Source: Pseudomonadota bacterium (GTDB taxonomy: Bacteria; Desulfobacterota; Desulfobacteria; Desulfobacterales; RPRI01). From it: a DNA stretch of 64,000 bases. Positions within the stretch are counted from its first letter, which is position 1, and every line of letters begins with the position of its first letter. A model generated the notes under the pieces. That model saw only the letters and a list, made by a program, of their open reading frames with translations, was not told the origin of the DNA and did no database searches. The DNA is taken from NCBI GenBank assembly GCA_043825875.1, contig JBDRRF010000057.1, positions 1 through 64,000 on the forward strand, given 5' to 3'. Of the stretch, positions 1-10,256 are shown one piece after another. The translations under genes were made by a program, and so were the position numbers.

Positions 1-141
1 ACGGTAACACAGTTTGTTTTATCATGCTTATAACCTCGTTGGTTAAATTGTTATGTTGTCTTACTAACTCATATCTATTTGAATCAACGAGGTTTTTCAA
101 TATTTATTTCATGAATAATACTGCTAATCGCGGATCTTGGG
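1..141 (-). mobile_element. Left end of a probable IS1380-like insertion sequence; transposase start MIKQTVLP at 25 runs off the window
   Basis: Minus strand begins CCCAAGATCCGCG (CC-starting end, as in IS1380); GAGG SD then ATG at 25; abuts a 5'-truncated ORF. Family assignment is from memory of similar transposase N-termini. Confidence 0.5.
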
Positions 142-1542
142 ACTGACTACCATTTGTCAATTCGCAATCTCTTTGATGCACAACGATACTTTGGTTCAGA
201 TCCGGAAATTACTACCCAGACATCCACGATCGGCCTTTCAGAATACACAAATGCTAATTTCTTAAGCCCTGGTAGCATTTTCACAGGCTTTAACTTTCCT
301 GTTTACACGGATATGAGTGAAAACAAACTTAATATAAACGGTAAGGATATACTTTATTTAAAAAAGAATAATGCACATGGAGAAGCTATAGCTCATTTTG
401 CAAGGACGAAATGGTTTTATAAATATCTTCCGGCAAATAACAAAACGCTGGCACTAACCTTAAATGATAATAAGGTGTATGAAGAATATTCTGATAATCT
501 TATTCCCCGTGCTATCGGCTATTCTTCTCAGGCTTTAAGTTATTTCTTTCGTGGTACCATAGAGATCAGCCTACCCGAGAGTGGAGTCTATGCTTTGATT
601 AATGACCCTAACCAAGGTTTTTTTTCAAAGATTACTCTTCTGGCCAAAAATATCTCTCCAGAAGGTGAAGATATGACTGAAGGAAGCATTGAGCTTGTGA
701 TAAAATATAAGCTTGCCCAGAACGATCCATTTAAAAACACTTCTTATTATCCCCTGGCAACTTCCCAGGAGTTCTCCTATATCGTTACCACTGTTTCTGG
801 TGGAAAAAATTCTATTGATAGAGTCCCTTCAGAGCTTACCTTCGATTTGAGCAGTCACCCGCTTCCTCTCTGGGCTACAGACGTTTACCTTCAAGTCGTA
901 TATAAAGGAAAGCTTGGCTCTGAAGATAACGCTGTAGCTGTTGGATTTAAAGATATCTCCGAACCGACTCCTATTGATATATTCAACAGCATGAACAGAA
1001 TATGTCTTTATGATGATATTATAAAAGAGAATAGATGGTATGTCGCTGGAAGTGCCGAAGCGATTGCCGTGGTTGATTCAAATAATAATGGAATTGCAGA
1101 TACCAATGAATGGGATGTTTATTCCCATAACTTAAAGAATATCTTTCTAACATTCTTTCCAACTACCGTTACTCCTCATTACCCAAATTGTAGTACAGAA
1201 GAGGATATATATTTTGAACAAATTCCTGCCGGAGAGTATAAAAGAATGTTTATTCTCAGCGATTACGATTTTTGTATAAGTTCCTGTGCAGTTAATGTCG
1301 AAAACACAAATAGCTATGACCTTTGGGTCACCTATTTTCCTCCATATGTCGATTGTCAACCCGGGATAAAAAACCAGACTGAATTAGCCGATCCGGCGAT
1401 TTGCACGGCAAATGGCCTAACTCCCCCCTGTTATATTGTAAATTACCCTATCTTTAATACGATTAATGGGATTGATACGTGGTCTGGAATAAATTTCCCG
1501 AATAAGCCATATCCTGAGGATTCACAATGTCCAATGGAATAA
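142..1542 (+). pseudogene. 5'-truncated large hypothetical protein (C-terminal 460+ aa), probably extracellular
   Basis: TTG at 154 has no SD; the frame is open back through the putative IS junction at 141/142; motifs IGLSEYTNANF and LIPRAIGYS..L.YFFRG; Cys-rich C-terminus. Confidence 0.6.
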
Positions 1543-1594
1543 GTAAACCGGAAAAGGGGTCAATATCAGAGCATTAAACTTATAAACCAAAATA

Positions 1595-1636
1595 AACAGC
1601 GGTTGAAGGTATTTTTCTTTAACCGCTGTTGTTTTT
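1595..1636 (+). terminator. Probable intrinsic terminator
   Basis: AACAGCGGTT...AACCGCTGTT stem followed by GTTTTT. Confidence 0.55.
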
Positions 1637-1718
1637 AGAAGGATTGCCGGAAGAAATTATAGACAATAGTATACCGGCGGCACTAAATTGGATCTTAACT
1701 ATATGCTTTTTAACATAA

Positions 1719-1787
1719 AATGATACAACCTATGATATCTATCTCGTCAAAGATCCGGACGGCCTGTGGAGAATAGAAAACTTTTAA
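1719..1787 (+). pseudogene. Gene remnant encoding ..TYDIYLVKDPDGLWRIENF*
   Basis: Startless frame resembling a beta-hairpin C-terminus (DGxWxI); in-frame stop immediately upstream. Confidence 0.4.
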
Positions 1788-1815
1788 AGATTATAAAAAA
1801 GGCAGGTTTAATAAA

Positions 1816-2367
1816 ATGAGAAATGCAATATTATTCAAATCGCTGATTTTGATATTTATATTCTTAACATTCTCAACATCAGCATTCGGCCGGTCAATGA
1901 TTAAAGGCCAGGTTGTAGATGCTGAAACCGGCAAACCCATAGAAAATGCGGCTGTATATATTTGCTGGACCAAACCCGCTTCAGGCCCTCCAGGATTGGC
2001 AGGTACTTCTATTGTCGAAGTAGCGGAAACCCTCACCGATGCCGAAGGCTTTTTTAAAATACCCAAATACTTTACTCTGTTTTTCGGGAAAGAATATGAA
2101 TTGACTGTTTACAAGATTGGATATGTTTGCTGGAATAGCCGGGATATTTTCCCAACGTATCGGAAAAGAAAAGATTTCAAGCTAAAAAACGGCATGGTGA
2201 TTAAGCTTGAGAATTTTAAAGAGCACTATTCAAAAGAAAAACATGCTATTTTTACTACCGTTTCATCAAGTTCGAGAAGAGATCTTGGAGTTTTCGACCA
2301 GGCTATACAATCTGAAAAAGAAATCAGAAGAAAAATTTTTACGCCTAAAACAGGAGAAAGTAAATGA
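1816..2367 (+). CDS. Secreted protein with carboxypeptidase-regulatory-like (beta-sandwich) domain
   Basis: Signal peptide; IKGQVVDAETGKPIENAAV...TDAEGFF motif. Confidence 0.75.
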   Translation: MRNAILFKSLILIFIFLTFSTSAFGRSMIKGQVVDAETGKPIENAAVYICWTKPASGPPGLAGTSIVEVAETLTDAEGFFKIPKYFTLFFGKEYELTVYKIGYVCWNSRDIFPTYRKRKDFKLKNGMVIKLENFKEHYSKEKHAIFTTVSSSSRRDLGVFDQAIQSEKEIRRKIFTPKTGESK

Positions 2368-2380
2368 ATGAAGCAGGTCT

Positions 2381-4294
2381 TTATTCAAATATTTCAAGAT
2401 CAAGTTTTCTTTCTTTAATCTGAGAAAGTACAATTTTTACAAAATCATCAATTGTAACCCCATACTTGATCTTGCCGCTTAAGTTCCTTACCGAAACTGT
2501 TTTTGAATCCATCTCCTTTGGCCCGCATGTGATTATAAGCGGAACATAGCTTAACTGGGCATCTCTTATTTTCTTTTTAAGACTTTCCGTTCTGCTGTCT
2601 AATTCGGTGCGTATTCCCTCTTTTTCAAGCACATCTTTTATTTCGGCTGCATATGGAATAAGCTCGTCATTTATCGGAAGCAAGGTTGCCTGAACAGGTG
2701 CCATCCAGAGCGGAAATTTACCTGCAAAATGCTCAATCAGTATACCGAAAAAACGTTCTATAGAACCATAAATAACCCTGTGTATCATTATCGGACGGCA
2801 TTTTTCATTATTTTTATCTATGTAGCTTAAGTCAAATCTTTCAGGCAATGCCATGTCAAGCTGCACAGTCCCGCACTGCCATGTTCTTCCAAGAGCATCT
2901 TTAATATGTATATCTATCTTGGGCCCGTAAAAAGCACCATCCCCTTCATTTGTTTTATAATCCATTCCATAGGCATTCAAAGCTGATTGCAAACCTTTTG
3001 TAGCCATTTCCCATTGTTCATCATTTCCTATGGATTTTTCAGGACGGGTGGACAACTCAAGATGAAAACTCAGACCAAATGTAGAGTAAATACGCTCAAC
3101 TAATTTCAAGACTCCAAGGATTTCGCTTTCAATTTGTTCCGGCGTCATAAATATATGTGCATCATCCTGGTGAAAAGCCCTGACTCTGAACAGTCCGGAT
3201 AAAACTCCGCTTAATTCATGCCTGTGAACAAGACCTATTTCTGCGGATCGAAGAGGCAAATCTTTATAGGAATGCGGTTTCATGCCAAAAAGTAGCATCC
3301 CGCCGGGACAGTTCATAGGTTTTATGGCATATTCTATTTCATCCACTACGGCTGTATACATGTTTTCACGGTAATTTTCCCAGTGCCCGCTTCTTTCCCA
3401 TAAAGAGCGGTTCAACATAATAGGAGTCTTTGTCTCAACATAACCGGCTGCCCTGTGTTCGGCCTTCCAGTAGTTTATAAGCGCTTCCCAAACACTCATG
3501 CCTTTTGCATGAAAAAAAGGCATTCCGGGAGCTTCGTCATGGAAACTGAACAGATCAAGCGCCATACCTATTTTGCGGTGATTTCTCTTTTTGGCCTCTT
3601 CAATGAAATAAAGATAATCGTCGAGTTCTTTTTTTGTAAAAAAAGCTGTCCCGTAAATTCTTTGCAATTGGGCTTTGTTCTGATCCGCTCTCCAGTAAGC
3701 ACCTGAAACTTTGGTCAGTTTTATGGCCTTTATAAATCCGGTATGTGGCAAATGGGGACCGCGGCATAAATCCGTAAAATCGCCCTGCTCATATAATGAT
3801 ATAGTCCCATCCTGGAGATCAGTTATAAGTTCAAGCTTATAAGGTTCGTCCTTATAAAATTTCAGGGCTTCCTCTTTAGGTACCTGCCTGCGTTTAAATG
3901 GAATTTTTGAGCTGATAATCTTTTTGATCTCAGCTTCGATCTTATCAAAATCTTCCTTTGAAACAGGCTCCATATCTATGTCGTAATAAAAGCCGTCTTC
4001 TACCACAGGTCCTATGGTAAGTTTCGCATCTTTGTAAATATGCGAAACTGCCTGGGCCATGACATGAGCTGCGCTATGGCGTAATAAATCAAGCGCTTCC
4101 TTGTCTTTTGTGGTAACAAGCCGGACTTTGGAATCTTTTAAAACAACCGTATCCAAATCGGCAAGCTTTCCGTCAAGCTCCATTGCAACGCAATTTCTGG
4201 CAAGTCCTTCCGAAATGCTTTTTGCTATATCAAGGCCCGACAGAGGATTTTCAAAACTCTTAATGCTACCGTCTGGAAGTGAAATATTAACCAT
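2381..4294 (-). CDS. thrS: Threonyl-tRNA synthetase
   Basis: TGS domain, HSAAH, DLCRGPH, KPMNCPG, GAFYGPKID, HRVIYGSIERF. Confidence 0.98.
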   Translation of the reverse strand: MVNISLPDGSIKSFENPLSGLDIAKSISEGLARNCVAMELDGKLADLDTVVLKDSKVRLVTTKDKEALDLLRHSAAHVMAQAVSHIYKDAKLTIGPVVEDGFYYDIDMEPVSKEDFDKIEAEIKKIISSKIPFKRRQVPKEEALKFYKDEPYKLELITDLQDGTISLYEQGDFTDLCRGPHLPHTGFIKAIKLTKVSGAYWRADQNKAQLQRIYGTAFFTKKELDDYLYFIEEAKKRNHRKIGMALDLFSFHDEAPGMPFFHAKGMSVWEALINYWKAEHRAAGYVETKTPIMLNRSLWERSGHWENYRENMYTAVVDEIEYAIKPMNCPGGMLLFGMKPHSYKDLPLRSAEIGLVHRHELSGVLSGLFRVRAFHQDDAHIFMTPEQIESEILGVLKLVERIYSTFGLSFHLELSTRPEKSIGNDEQWEMATKGLQSALNAYGMDYKTNEGDGAFYGPKIDIHIKDALGRTWQCGTVQLDMALPERFDLSYIDKNNEKCRPIMIHRVIYGSIERFFGILIEHFAGKFPLWMAPVQATLLPINDELIPYAAEIKDVLEKEGIRTELDSRTESLKKKIRDAQLSYVPLIITCGPKEMDSKTVSVRNLSGKIKYGVTIDDFVKIVLSQIKERKLDLEIFE

Positions 4295-4625
4295 ATATAA
4301 TTAATCCTGCTGATGATATTTTATCGGATTTATCTTAAGCTTAAACCCTCTCCAGCTAAAAATAGAGAGCTTTCAGACTTTGTTCAAATTCATCAAATAT
4401 TTAGGTGAAATATCGGTGATGGTCAAGATAAATTTGTATTCCGGCTAACTATTTATAATTTATTGACATTGAATATTTGTTCTGATATCGACCATATATA
4501 TTTAATCACAGTGGTACAAATACCGTTCTATAACAAAAAAGTATATACCTCATAACGTGTTTTGTTTGAGAAATTAGCATAGTATTTAGCAACCCACTTC
4601 CAGATAGTGGTTAAAATAAGGGATA

Positions 4626-5588
4626 ATGCTTAATATGTCAGCTATTCTTAAAATCACTCTCAAAGATAAAACTGAAGAAGAATTATTCTGTTCCAATGTT
4701 ATGACCATAGGCCGGGACAAATCAAGTACCATATGCCTTAAAGACCCGCTTGTATCCAGAAACCACGGCATCATACGTTCTATAGGAAAAAAGCAATATT
4801 ATCTTCTGGACACCGGCAGCAGAAACGGCATATACCACAATAGCCGGCGGATAAGCTCTCCTGTTTTGCTTAAAAATAACGATACGTTTACTATCGGCGA
4901 TAATTCAATTTGTTTCATACAGGAGGAAAAGAGGCCGGATGAAACTCAGAATATCTATAATACACCTGCAAATTATGATGAAACAATGCATTTTGTCAGA
5001 GCAGACATCCGTTCCATTATCGTTCTTGTTTCCGACATAAGAGGTTTTACATCAATATCCGAAAAACTACCTATTACAATGCTGACCGAATTAATGTCCG
5101 ACTGGTTCGAGGGTATTCAGGCTATCGTGGAGCAGAATTTTGGCATTGTAGATAAATTTATTGGCGATTGCGTACTGGCAGAATGGGAAGTTGAATCCGG
5201 AGATACCCAAAGCTTGTTTCAGGCTTTAAAAACAGCTCTTGAAATCAATAGATTTACTGCATCCCTTCATAAAAAATTTCCAAAGATTAAAACCCCTATA
5301 AAAGTTGGTGTTGGGCTGAATCAAGGGGAAGCTGTTGTCGGAATTGGTTCAGATAATACAATAATGGGGGATGTTGTTAATGTTGCTTTCAGGCTGGAAT
5401 CTGCCTCTAAACACATAGGAGTTGATGTGATTATGAATTCAGGCTTTTATACCATGCTACCAAAAAGCTTTCCGGTTAAAGATGAAAGGTCTATTACTGT
5501 CAAGGGAAAGTCCGTTCCCCTGACAGTTTCTGCTTTGAGCTTTAAAGATATTGAACTCTTTCTTGCTACACATAATTTTCCAGATTAA
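4626..5588 (+). CDS. FHA domain plus class III adenylate/guanylate cyclase
   Basis: FHA motifs IGR, VSRNH, SRNG; cyclase motifs DIRGFT, KFIGD, GDVVNVAFRLES. Confidence 0.9.
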   Translation: MLNMSAILKITLKDKTEEELFCSNVMTIGRDKSSTICLKDPLVSRNHGIIRSIGKKQYYLLDTGSRNGIYHNSRRISSPVLLKNNDTFTIGDNSICFIQEEKRPDETQNIYNTPANYDETMHFVRADIRSIIVLVSDIRGFTSISEKLPITMLTELMSDWFEGIQAIVEQNFGIVDKFIGDCVLAEWEVESGDTQSLFQALKTALEINRFTASLHKKFPKIKTPIKVGVGLNQGEAVVGIGSDNTIMGDVVNVAFRLESASKHIGVDVIMNSGFYTMLPKSFPVKDERSITVKGKSVPLTVSALSFKDIELFLATHNFPD

Positions 5589-5593
5589 CTATC

Positions 5594-6691
5594 GTGTTTA
5601 GAATCATTCTTATATCAGTTATAACACTGATGCATATTTATGTTTTCCGTTGTGCAGCTTCAGTTCCGTTTGTGGCAAGGTACATACCCCAGAAAATTCT
5701 TATAGCAACCGGTATACTTTTGTGGACTATATTTTTATCTGGCCGTATTACCGGACACAATAGTAAAGGCATATGGTCATACTTGCTTGAGTTTGCCGGA
5801 ATGAACTGGATGGCTGTATTGTTTCTGCTTTTTGTTTCTCTTCTGGCGGTTGATATCATAACCCTTTTTGGCGCATTTTTTCCGCGTATAGCTACTCTGT
5901 TGCGCGGCTGGGCTCTATTGGCAGGAATAGTACTATCTGCCTTTGCACTCTATCAAGGTCTTCGCGCACCAGTCATTGAAAAATATGAAGTCACACTTCC
6001 CGGCCTTCCCCACGATATGGATAAAACAGTCATTGCGGGACTGTCCGATACTCATCTGGGATCATTGCTTGGGAAAAAATGGCTGGAAGACAGAATAAAC
6101 CAGATAGAAGAACTTAAGCCAGACCTTGTGGTTCTGCTTGGCGATACCTTTGAAGGACACGGCAAGATAGAAGATGATTTAATTGAACCATTTAAGCGGC
6201 TTTCAGCTCCTTTGGGCGTGTTTGCAGTACCAGGTAACCACGAATTTTACGGCAAATTTGGTATGCAGCTTTTTAAAAACGCAAGTTTTAATCTTTTAAG
6301 AAATCGATGGGAAGAAGTCAAGCCGGGGTTTATTGTTGCCGGAGTAGATGATCTTACAATCATTAGCAGAAAAGGATATAACATTGATCCGGTGCATCAA
6401 GCTTTAAAAGACCGCCCAAAAGGTGCTACAATACTTCTTTCCCATACTCCATGGGATACCGAAAAAGCGGCAGAAGCCGGGGTCGGTTTAATGCTTTGCG
6501 GCCATACCCACGGAGGGCAGATATGGCCGTTTGGTTATCTTGTCCGCTTATTTTATCCTCTCATAGAGGGTCAATATACTGTTGACGGCATGACAGTTAT
6601 CGTATGCAGCGGCACCGGCACATGGGGACCACGCATGAGACTCTTTCACCCTGGTGAAATACTTCATATAACACTTCGCACCAAACAATAG
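5594..6691 (+). CDS. Membrane-anchored metallophosphoesterase (YkuE/YaeI-like)
   Basis: N-terminal TM helices; SDTH, GD, GNHE, SH, GHTHGGQ motifs. Confidence 0.9.
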   Translation: MFRIILISVITLMHIYVFRCAASVPFVARYIPQKILIATGILLWTIFLSGRITGHNSKGIWSYLLEFAGMNWMAVLFLLFVSLLAVDIITLFGAFFPRIATLLRGWALLAGIVLSAFALYQGLRAPVIEKYEVTLPGLPHDMDKTVIAGLSDTHLGSLLGKKWLEDRINQIEELKPDLVVLLGDTFEGHGKIEDDLIEPFKRLSAPLGVFAVPGNHEFYGKFGMQLFKNASFNLLRNRWEEVKPGFIVAGVDDLTIISRKGYNIDPVHQALKDRPKGATILLSHTPWDTEKAAEAGVGLMLCGHTHGGQIWPFGYLVRLFYPLIEGQYTVDGMTVIVCSGTGTWGPRMRLFHPGEILHITLRTKQ

Positions 6692-6712
6692 GAAAAAGAC
6701 GGGTTTTACCCC

Positions 6713-6882
6713 ATAAGTGCTAAGTTAATTTGCTAAGTTTATCTTTAAAAATGAATATCGAATATCGAACAAGGAATTTCGAATTATGAATATATTTTAT
6801 TCTTACTCATTGCGGTTATTCTATATTCGATATTCAAATTACTTTCATATAGTTGTTATAGATTAATTGACTTAGCACTTAT
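6713..6882. repeat. MITE-like element with 18-bp terminal inverted repeats and internal 7-mer repeats
   Basis: ATAAGTGCTAAGTTAATT / AATTGACTTAGCACTTAT (one mismatch); internal GAATATC-GAATATC-GAACAAG-GAATTTC. Confidence 0.7.
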
Positions 6883-6888
6883 AGAACT

Positions 6889-7635
6889 TTATCCCTTATC
6901 ACTGAACTTTTTACTGTTATTTTTTTCATTACACTCTTTGACTACGTTTTTATAATCCGCAGTCACTTCCAATTCAGCATCGGGATTATAGACCCAATAC
7001 GGCAGGTAAAAGGTTACAGTAGTACTTGCCCCTGCCGCCAGCGCAGGAGTATTGGCGGTAGCATTGTAAGGAGCTCCGCCTGTTTGCAAATAAGACGGGT
7101 CGATTACACGCGCAATACTTTTCCCTGCCCCGCTGCTGCCGATATTTTTGATCACTGCTTTAATAACAGATCTTGCGTTGGTACTATCCCATTCCGGTTT
7201 CTCGATCTTGGCAACAATCAAATCGGAGCCGTTGCAACCGGATGTTGTCTTTGCAATACACAAGCAATAATACTTCTCGCTTTTTTGCGGTTTATTACTC
7301 ATATCAGCAGCATAGCAAATCGGAGTACTATCAAACTGGTTACCGTAAAGAAAACCTGGACCACGCACAGGTTTATTTATTGGTTTACTATAGCTGAATT
7401 TACAGACATTTGTTTTTTTAGTTTTCGCCGCCATGCTCATTTCCTGTTCAGGAACCCCTTGAATCCAGATTTTACAGGTTTCAGGACAAGTCATCGGACC
7501 TTTTTGCTTGTAGTAATTAGGATACCAGCCTGCCTTGTAGTTATTTAGGCTGTTGTCTTGAATCGGATCGGCCTGCACAACTGCGGCTAAAAGCAACAGA
7601 ATCATAAATACCGGCCATATCATAGTCTTTTTCAT
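6889..7635 (-). CDS. Secreted Cys-rich protein with C-terminal CARDB (Ig-like) domain
   Basis: Signal peptide; SDL..VIKNIG..ALAAGAS..TADYKNVVKECNEKNN CARDB pattern; GGAGG SD. Confidence 0.75.
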   Translation of the reverse strand: MKKTMIWPVFMILLLLAAVVQADPIQDNSLNNYKAGWYPNYYKQKGPMTCPETCKIWIQGVPEQEMSMAAKTKKTNVCKFSYSKPINKPVRGPGFLYGNQFDSTPICYAADMSNKPQKSEKYYCLCIAKTTSGCNGSDLIVAKIEKPEWDSTNARSVIKAVIKNIGSSGAGKSIARVIDPSYLQTGGAPYNATANTPALAAGASTTVTFYLPYWVYNPDAELEVTADYKNVVKECNEKNNSKKFSDKG

Positions 7636-7661
7636 AATTCTTTCCTCCTTGTTTTTTGGTT

Positions 7662-7823
7662 CTGGATACCGGCTTTCGAGACTGTGTCACAATTAGAAAA
7701 AATGTCATTCCGAACGTATGTGAGGAATCTTAAAGCGCTGAATTTATTTAAACCAAGATTTCTCGCTTCGCTTCGAAATGACAAAAAAATGAATTACGAC
7801 ACAGTCTGTTCGCCGGTATGACG
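7662..7823. repeat. Nested palindromic repeat: TIR-bounded element (7679-7807) inside a REP-like hairpin
   Basis: AGACTGTGTCACAATT / AATTACGACACAGTCT; internal GTCATTCCGAA...TTCGAAATGAC; flanks ATACCGGC / GCCGGTAT. Confidence 0.75.
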
Positions 7824-7967
7824 CTTTGGGGTCTGTTTACGAATTCATCAAAAGTAACAAAACAACTTTTACCGGATACGCCTTATACAGAAACAGTATT
7901 TTTTCTTATTACGCATACCAGCATGTCCGGCTTTGTATTATAACAAAGCCGGACATGCGCAAGATAG

Positions 7968-10256
7968 TTATTCTTCAGAATCATCTAAAGCCAAAGCAAA
8001 TGCATTCATGGCGCTGGCGTCATAATACCGTCCGTCATAGTATGCAATCCGGTGCCACCCGTTAAATGCCTTTGCATAAACATACAGATGTTCTGCAAAC
8101 GCTGCATTCGTACATGGCCCAAGAAGTGTTCCTACAGAAATGGTTTGTTCAAAATCACCGTCATTTAAATTTGTATAACCTCCGGAATAAAGAACGCTTG
8201 ATACCTCTTCATAGCTCATACTCATTCCCATACCGCTCGGATCGGTATCCCCGCGTTGCAAAGTAAAACTGACAAGAGCATTGTTTCCCGGATGAGTTGC
8301 ATGAAAAGAGATTTTGACATTATCTCCCTCATCATAATACAGAAAACCGCATCCGAATGTTTCCTGAGGAACTCCGCCAACAACCGGTATATCAATGGAC
8401 GCCGAACAGGAGCGATTATCAATGGCGAGGTTGAAGATAAATCCATCCCCATCCTGATAAGCGCTCGGAGCTAAAATGGTCTCAGTGGCTTCCGTAGTTG
8501 AATCCGTAGTACTTGGCATGATAAATTCGAACTTTGGATTTGCGATATAAGGCTTAACAATGTTACCTGCTGAATTATATACTTCAATTTTTACCTGATA
8601 TAATCCATGAGCAGTATTTATTCCTCCCGGAAATCCGTTAGTATTCAGATAGCCGGCATACAAATCAGATCCGAACCAGGTCTCATCAGGCCATTGATCT
8701 TTAGTTTGATCCAGGCTGTTATCAAGCTCGTAGGGAGTGTCCGGCCTGAAACGATATAAATGCATTCCGTTTACAGGAAAAGATCCAAGGGATACCGTCG
8801 GATAGGTGATTTTATTATTTTCTTCATGGATATAATGCCGGGTAACCGGTTCACAGGATTCGAACCATTCTCCTGTAGTGCCTTTTCTATATTGTATGCG
8901 GTAATAGTAGACATCATTATTGGGTATATTGTTGCTTCGTCCCATTCTAAATCCCAGGTAAGTGCCAAAAGGCGCATTTTGAAACTGGTGCCCGTTATAG
9001 GAATAAGAAATCGTACCATCGGCATTGTTGATATCAAAAAGATTAACACCGCCAATTCCGTGGGGCTCAACCCAAGTATAAACTCCGGCCGGTGGATCAA
9101 TATTGTCATCATAGGAAACCTTGGCTCCGGGTTCTTTCGTTACCAGAAGGACATCCGTACCACACGCATAATTCCAATAGACATGGCAGCGCATCCCCGG
9201 GTCATACAATGTCACCCAGTTTCCATCAATACATTGATAGGCTGTAAAATACAGATCCGGTTTATCACCACTGCAAAGATAATATATATCTCTTTCAAAA
9301 TAGCCTTCCGCATCGGTACAGGTGCAGGTTAAAAAATCCTTATGCAGATATGAGTATATCCATTGGAAATGGCATAAATACGGAATGAGAAGTTCCGCTT
9401 TTGCAAGCATTTCTCTTCTCAAAGAAACCATTGACTGGGCTGTGAAAATCGAATCCAGCTCCTGCCTTTTTTTCTGCCTTACCGAAATTTCCATATCGGC
9501 TGAAAAACTGGATTTGTTTCTCAAAATCTCCTGCGGCTGGTTATATTTCGGTTGAATACGAGGTGTGTCGACAAACTGCCACGGGTCAGGGTCCGGCGGC
9601 CATGGTTCCGGCGGCCATTTTTCTATAACACGAATAAGGTCATCCCTGATTCTTAAAAGTTCACGTTCAGGCAATTGCTGAAGAATCAAATACCAACGGT
9701 CAACCTCCCAAATAAAGATACATGCCTGGTAAACCCCCATCTTCTTTATTGTGCCGTCCGGCAGTTCCATCTCTTTAACAAGACGGCCTTTCACGGTGCA
9801 TCGGCAGAAAATCCATTTCGCAACTACTTCCTTTTGAAGAATGATATCCTTGTCTATGCTTGCCTGGTTCAACCGGACTTTTGCTTCAATACCTCCTTTG
9901 GAAAGAAGCCGTTTGGGAGTTATCGATGGTTTGGGTTTGGAGCCGTTTGGCAGTTTTTTTGCGATACAAAGCTTATCGTCCATCTCGCTTATATCTAACT
10001 GAGGCCCTACAATCACTCGTACTTTATCATTAATCCTTTGGTTTTTGATATTAAACTCTACTCTTTCTCCTTTCTTATCACGGACCGGCTTTACATCCAC
10101 CAGACGGTTTTTCGAATCAAAAGCGTATACCATTATATTCGGCATATCTTCCATATCGAGTTGTGGAACCGATACATTCAGCCTGAGTTTAAACTCAGCC
10201 CTCTCCGCTTTAATTGGTTTGGCCGACAATCTACTACTTCCTTTACTTCTTTCCAT
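7968..10256 (-). CDS. Large hypothetical protein (762 aa) with Pro-rich linker and beta-rich C-terminal half
   Basis: Long ORF with AGGAGG SD; WPPEPWPPDPDPW; TDAEGYF motif; no family recognised. Confidence 0.8.
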   Translation of the reverse strand: MERSKGSSRLSAKPIKAERAEFKLRLNVSVPQLDMEDMPNIMVYAFDSKNRLVDVKPVRDKKGERVEFNIKNQRINDKVRVIVGPQLDISEMDDKLCIAKKLPNGSKPKPSITPKRLLSKGGIEAKVRLNQASIDKDIILQKEVVAKWIFCRCTVKGRLVKEMELPDGTIKKMGVYQACIFIWEVDRWYLILQQLPERELLRIRDDLIRVIEKWPPEPWPPDPDPWQFVDTPRIQPKYNQPQEILRNKSSFSADMEISVRQKKRQELDSIFTAQSMVSLRREMLAKAELLIPYLCHFQWIYSYLHKDFLTCTCTDAEGYFERDIYYLCSGDKPDLYFTAYQCIDGNWVTLYDPGMRCHVYWNYACGTDVLLVTKEPGAKVSYDDNIDPPAGVYTWVEPHGIGGVNLFDINNADGTISYSYNGHQFQNAPFGTYLGFRMGRSNNIPNNDVYYYRIQYRKGTTGEWFESCEPVTRHYIHEENNKITYPTVSLGSFPVNGMHLYRFRPDTPYELDNSLDQTKDQWPDETWFGSDLYAGYLNTNGFPGGINTAHGLYQVKIEVYNSAGNIVKPYIANPKFEFIMPSTTDSTTEATETILAPSAYQDGDGFIFNLAIDNRSCSASIDIPVVGGVPQETFGCGFLYYDEGDNVKISFHATHPGNNALVSFTLQRGDTDPSGMGMSMSYEEVSSVLYSGGYTNLNDGDFEQTISVGTLLGPCTNAAFAEHLYVYAKAFNGWHRIAYYDGRYYDASAMNAFALALDDSEE

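Noticed and set aside
4295..4620. T-box upstream of thrS
   Set aside because: No T-box consensus or terminator/antiterminator visible.
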